From Chrysemys picta bellii (taxonomy: Eukaryota), in contig NC_088814.1 of NCBI RefSeq assembly GCF_011386835.1, positions 6,014,001 through 6,078,000 on the forward strand: a stretch of DNA of 64,000 bases. Reading direction: 5' to 3'. The notes under the pieces were generated by a model. It was not told the DNA's origin. It was given only the letters and a program-made list of their open reading frames with translations, and did not search any database. Within the stretch, counting starts at the first letter, position 1. Every line of letters begins with the position of its first letter. Shown piece after piece: positions 62,326 through 64,000 of this stretch. Made by a program: the position numbers and the translations under genes.

Positions 62326-64000
62326 GACCGCTAGGGCCATCCCCATGGTGTCAATTTTAATGGGAAACTTTACTGGGTTTTTTTCAGAGGACTGGGGTGT
62401 TTCCCCTCCCCAAAAGCAAACATCTGTAGCTAAAGTTGAGCTTTTCCTTGTCTCTCCCGCCAAACCCGTGACTCCAATACAATTATTATTAACCTCCCCA
62501 ATAATATTATGGGATGTTAGTGAGGGTTTTTTAGGAAAGGCTTACGGCGTGAAATCTTTGATGGGCAAGGGAGAAGGGATCTGAGCCGTGAAGAGGGCGG
62601 GAATGTATATCTGATCATGGACGGCAGACCTCTTCCCTATACACAGAACTAAATCTTAACAAGAAGTTGATTTCACAATTACACGTTTTTAACCCTGCCT
62701 TTGGAAGTTTAGGGTTAAAGGAACTGAATGGAGAAGGTAACCTAACCAATCCATTAGCTTTATGCACACATACAAAGAGAGAAATATACATACACCTATG
62801 GTATAGCTATTAAAATATATGTACAACTGGAACATACATTAAATATATACTCATCTGGCACATACAAACGGTACCTAGCACGTTAAAGACAAGATGACCT
62901 GGCCTCCTACTCTGAATTTGTCTTCTATTTTGTTCAATTTTCATACTGATGGGGACTATATACATGAACCAATAAGTAAATAATTGTATTTTAAAAACTA
63001 ATTCCCCTTCGGAAAGTTTTTCACTGTAGAAAAGGCGGGGTGACTCGTCCGGCATTCCATGATGTTGCCTTTTTCTGGATCACCTCGCTGGTTTTTCCAC
63101 CGTTGTTAGTCACGAGCAGCTGGAATTGAGCATGTCAGCAAAAAAAAAAAAAAAAACTAATACTTTTGGGGCAGGCCATTATGTATTTACGATCTCTGGA
63201 CTGTGAAATGAAACAAGTGTTAAATTCCAGTATAAATATTTGTGGTGACAGTACGTAGATTTTAGTCCCTAATAGACTCACACAGAGAAATGGTCTCATT
63301 TGGTATGTACATATTTGTTCCCATTGGTTTTTGCAATAGGCTAACTTTCTTGATTAACTTCCCCCCACAGAAATTCAAGGTCTTGGCCGATTGTCCAAGA
63401 CATAGCGGAATAAGAACATTGTCTTCATAAGAAAAGTTCAATGCTCTAGCAACGGCAAACGCTGCGGGCCTGATTCTGACCTCCGATGTGTGTAAATCAC
63501 CAATAACCCCGATGAAATAGATGGAGTAATGGAGGTGTAAACCCACTAACACTGGATCAGAACCAGCCCCTGTGAGAAACGCATTTATTGCATAAACTGT
63601 TTTAGATTGCACCTTTCCTTAAAAAAAATAGAAAATCTTCCTTTGGAAGAACAAAGAAGCCAAGTTCTGCACTTCCCACCTCAGTATGTATTATACATGT
63701 ACATTTTTTTGGAATGAATTATATGTAGGTTTCGACGAGGGGCCGCACAGGACATTTTTAAAAAACATTCGGCCTGAATCCTAACTCTGCTATTGAGAAA
63801 AAAAAAATGATGTTATCTGTGACAAAATCCTCCCCCTGCTCTCATTGAAAAACCTTTAGGTTTTCAGGTGGTTGAATGGCCACTTTCCAAACGCAGCAGT
63901 TTGGATCAGAGAGTTATAAACTACAGGATGGAGGCAATCTTTGGAAACTGCGTATCCAATTTCGTCTTGAAATACAGCCGCTCTCTAAGGAATGAGCTGG

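Noticed and set aside
61759-62334. Plus-strand ORFs (115, 82 and 80 aa) over the GC-rich block
   Set aside because: Low-complexity Gly/Pro-rich translations without splice support. The minus-strand relic exon explains the composition better.
62700-64000. Search for Hoxb11, Hoxb12 or Hoxb13 sequence at the right end
   Set aside because: No homeobox-like translation was found on either strand. Hoxb13, if present, lies beyond the window.

Overview
Central-to-posterior part of a vertebrate HoxB cluster, with every gene on the minus strand. From left to right: Hoxb4-Hoxb5 intergenic DNA with two DR5 retinoic-acid response elements; intact two-exon Hoxb5, Hoxb6, Hoxb7, Hoxb8 and Hoxb9 (GT-AG, phase-1 introns, frames checked by hand); and the miR-196 hairpin. 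Beyond miR-196 lies the most notable feature, a decayed but complete-looking two-exon paralogy-group-10 gene (HoxB10 relic). It has a frameshifted homeobox exon at 57294-57571 and a GC-rich candidate exon 1 at 61501-62325 whose splice donor is phase-compatible with that exon. HoxB10 is generally considered absent from tetrapods. Protein style, AT-rich intergenic DNA and many microsatellites suggest a non-mammalian tetrapod, probably a reptile; this is inference only. Other observations: miR-196 sites in the Hoxb6, Hoxb7 and Hoxb8 3' UTRs; three CTCF-like motifs; two candidate distal promoters with non-coding exons; an out-of-frame uORF overlapping the Hoxb9 start; a 127-bp hairpin in the Hoxb9 intron; and a fold-back minisatellite. 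There are three assembly gaps (N runs at 1181-1320, 7720-7979 and 19811-19995). Gene names and comparisons to other species rest on recalled family sequences; no database search was run.
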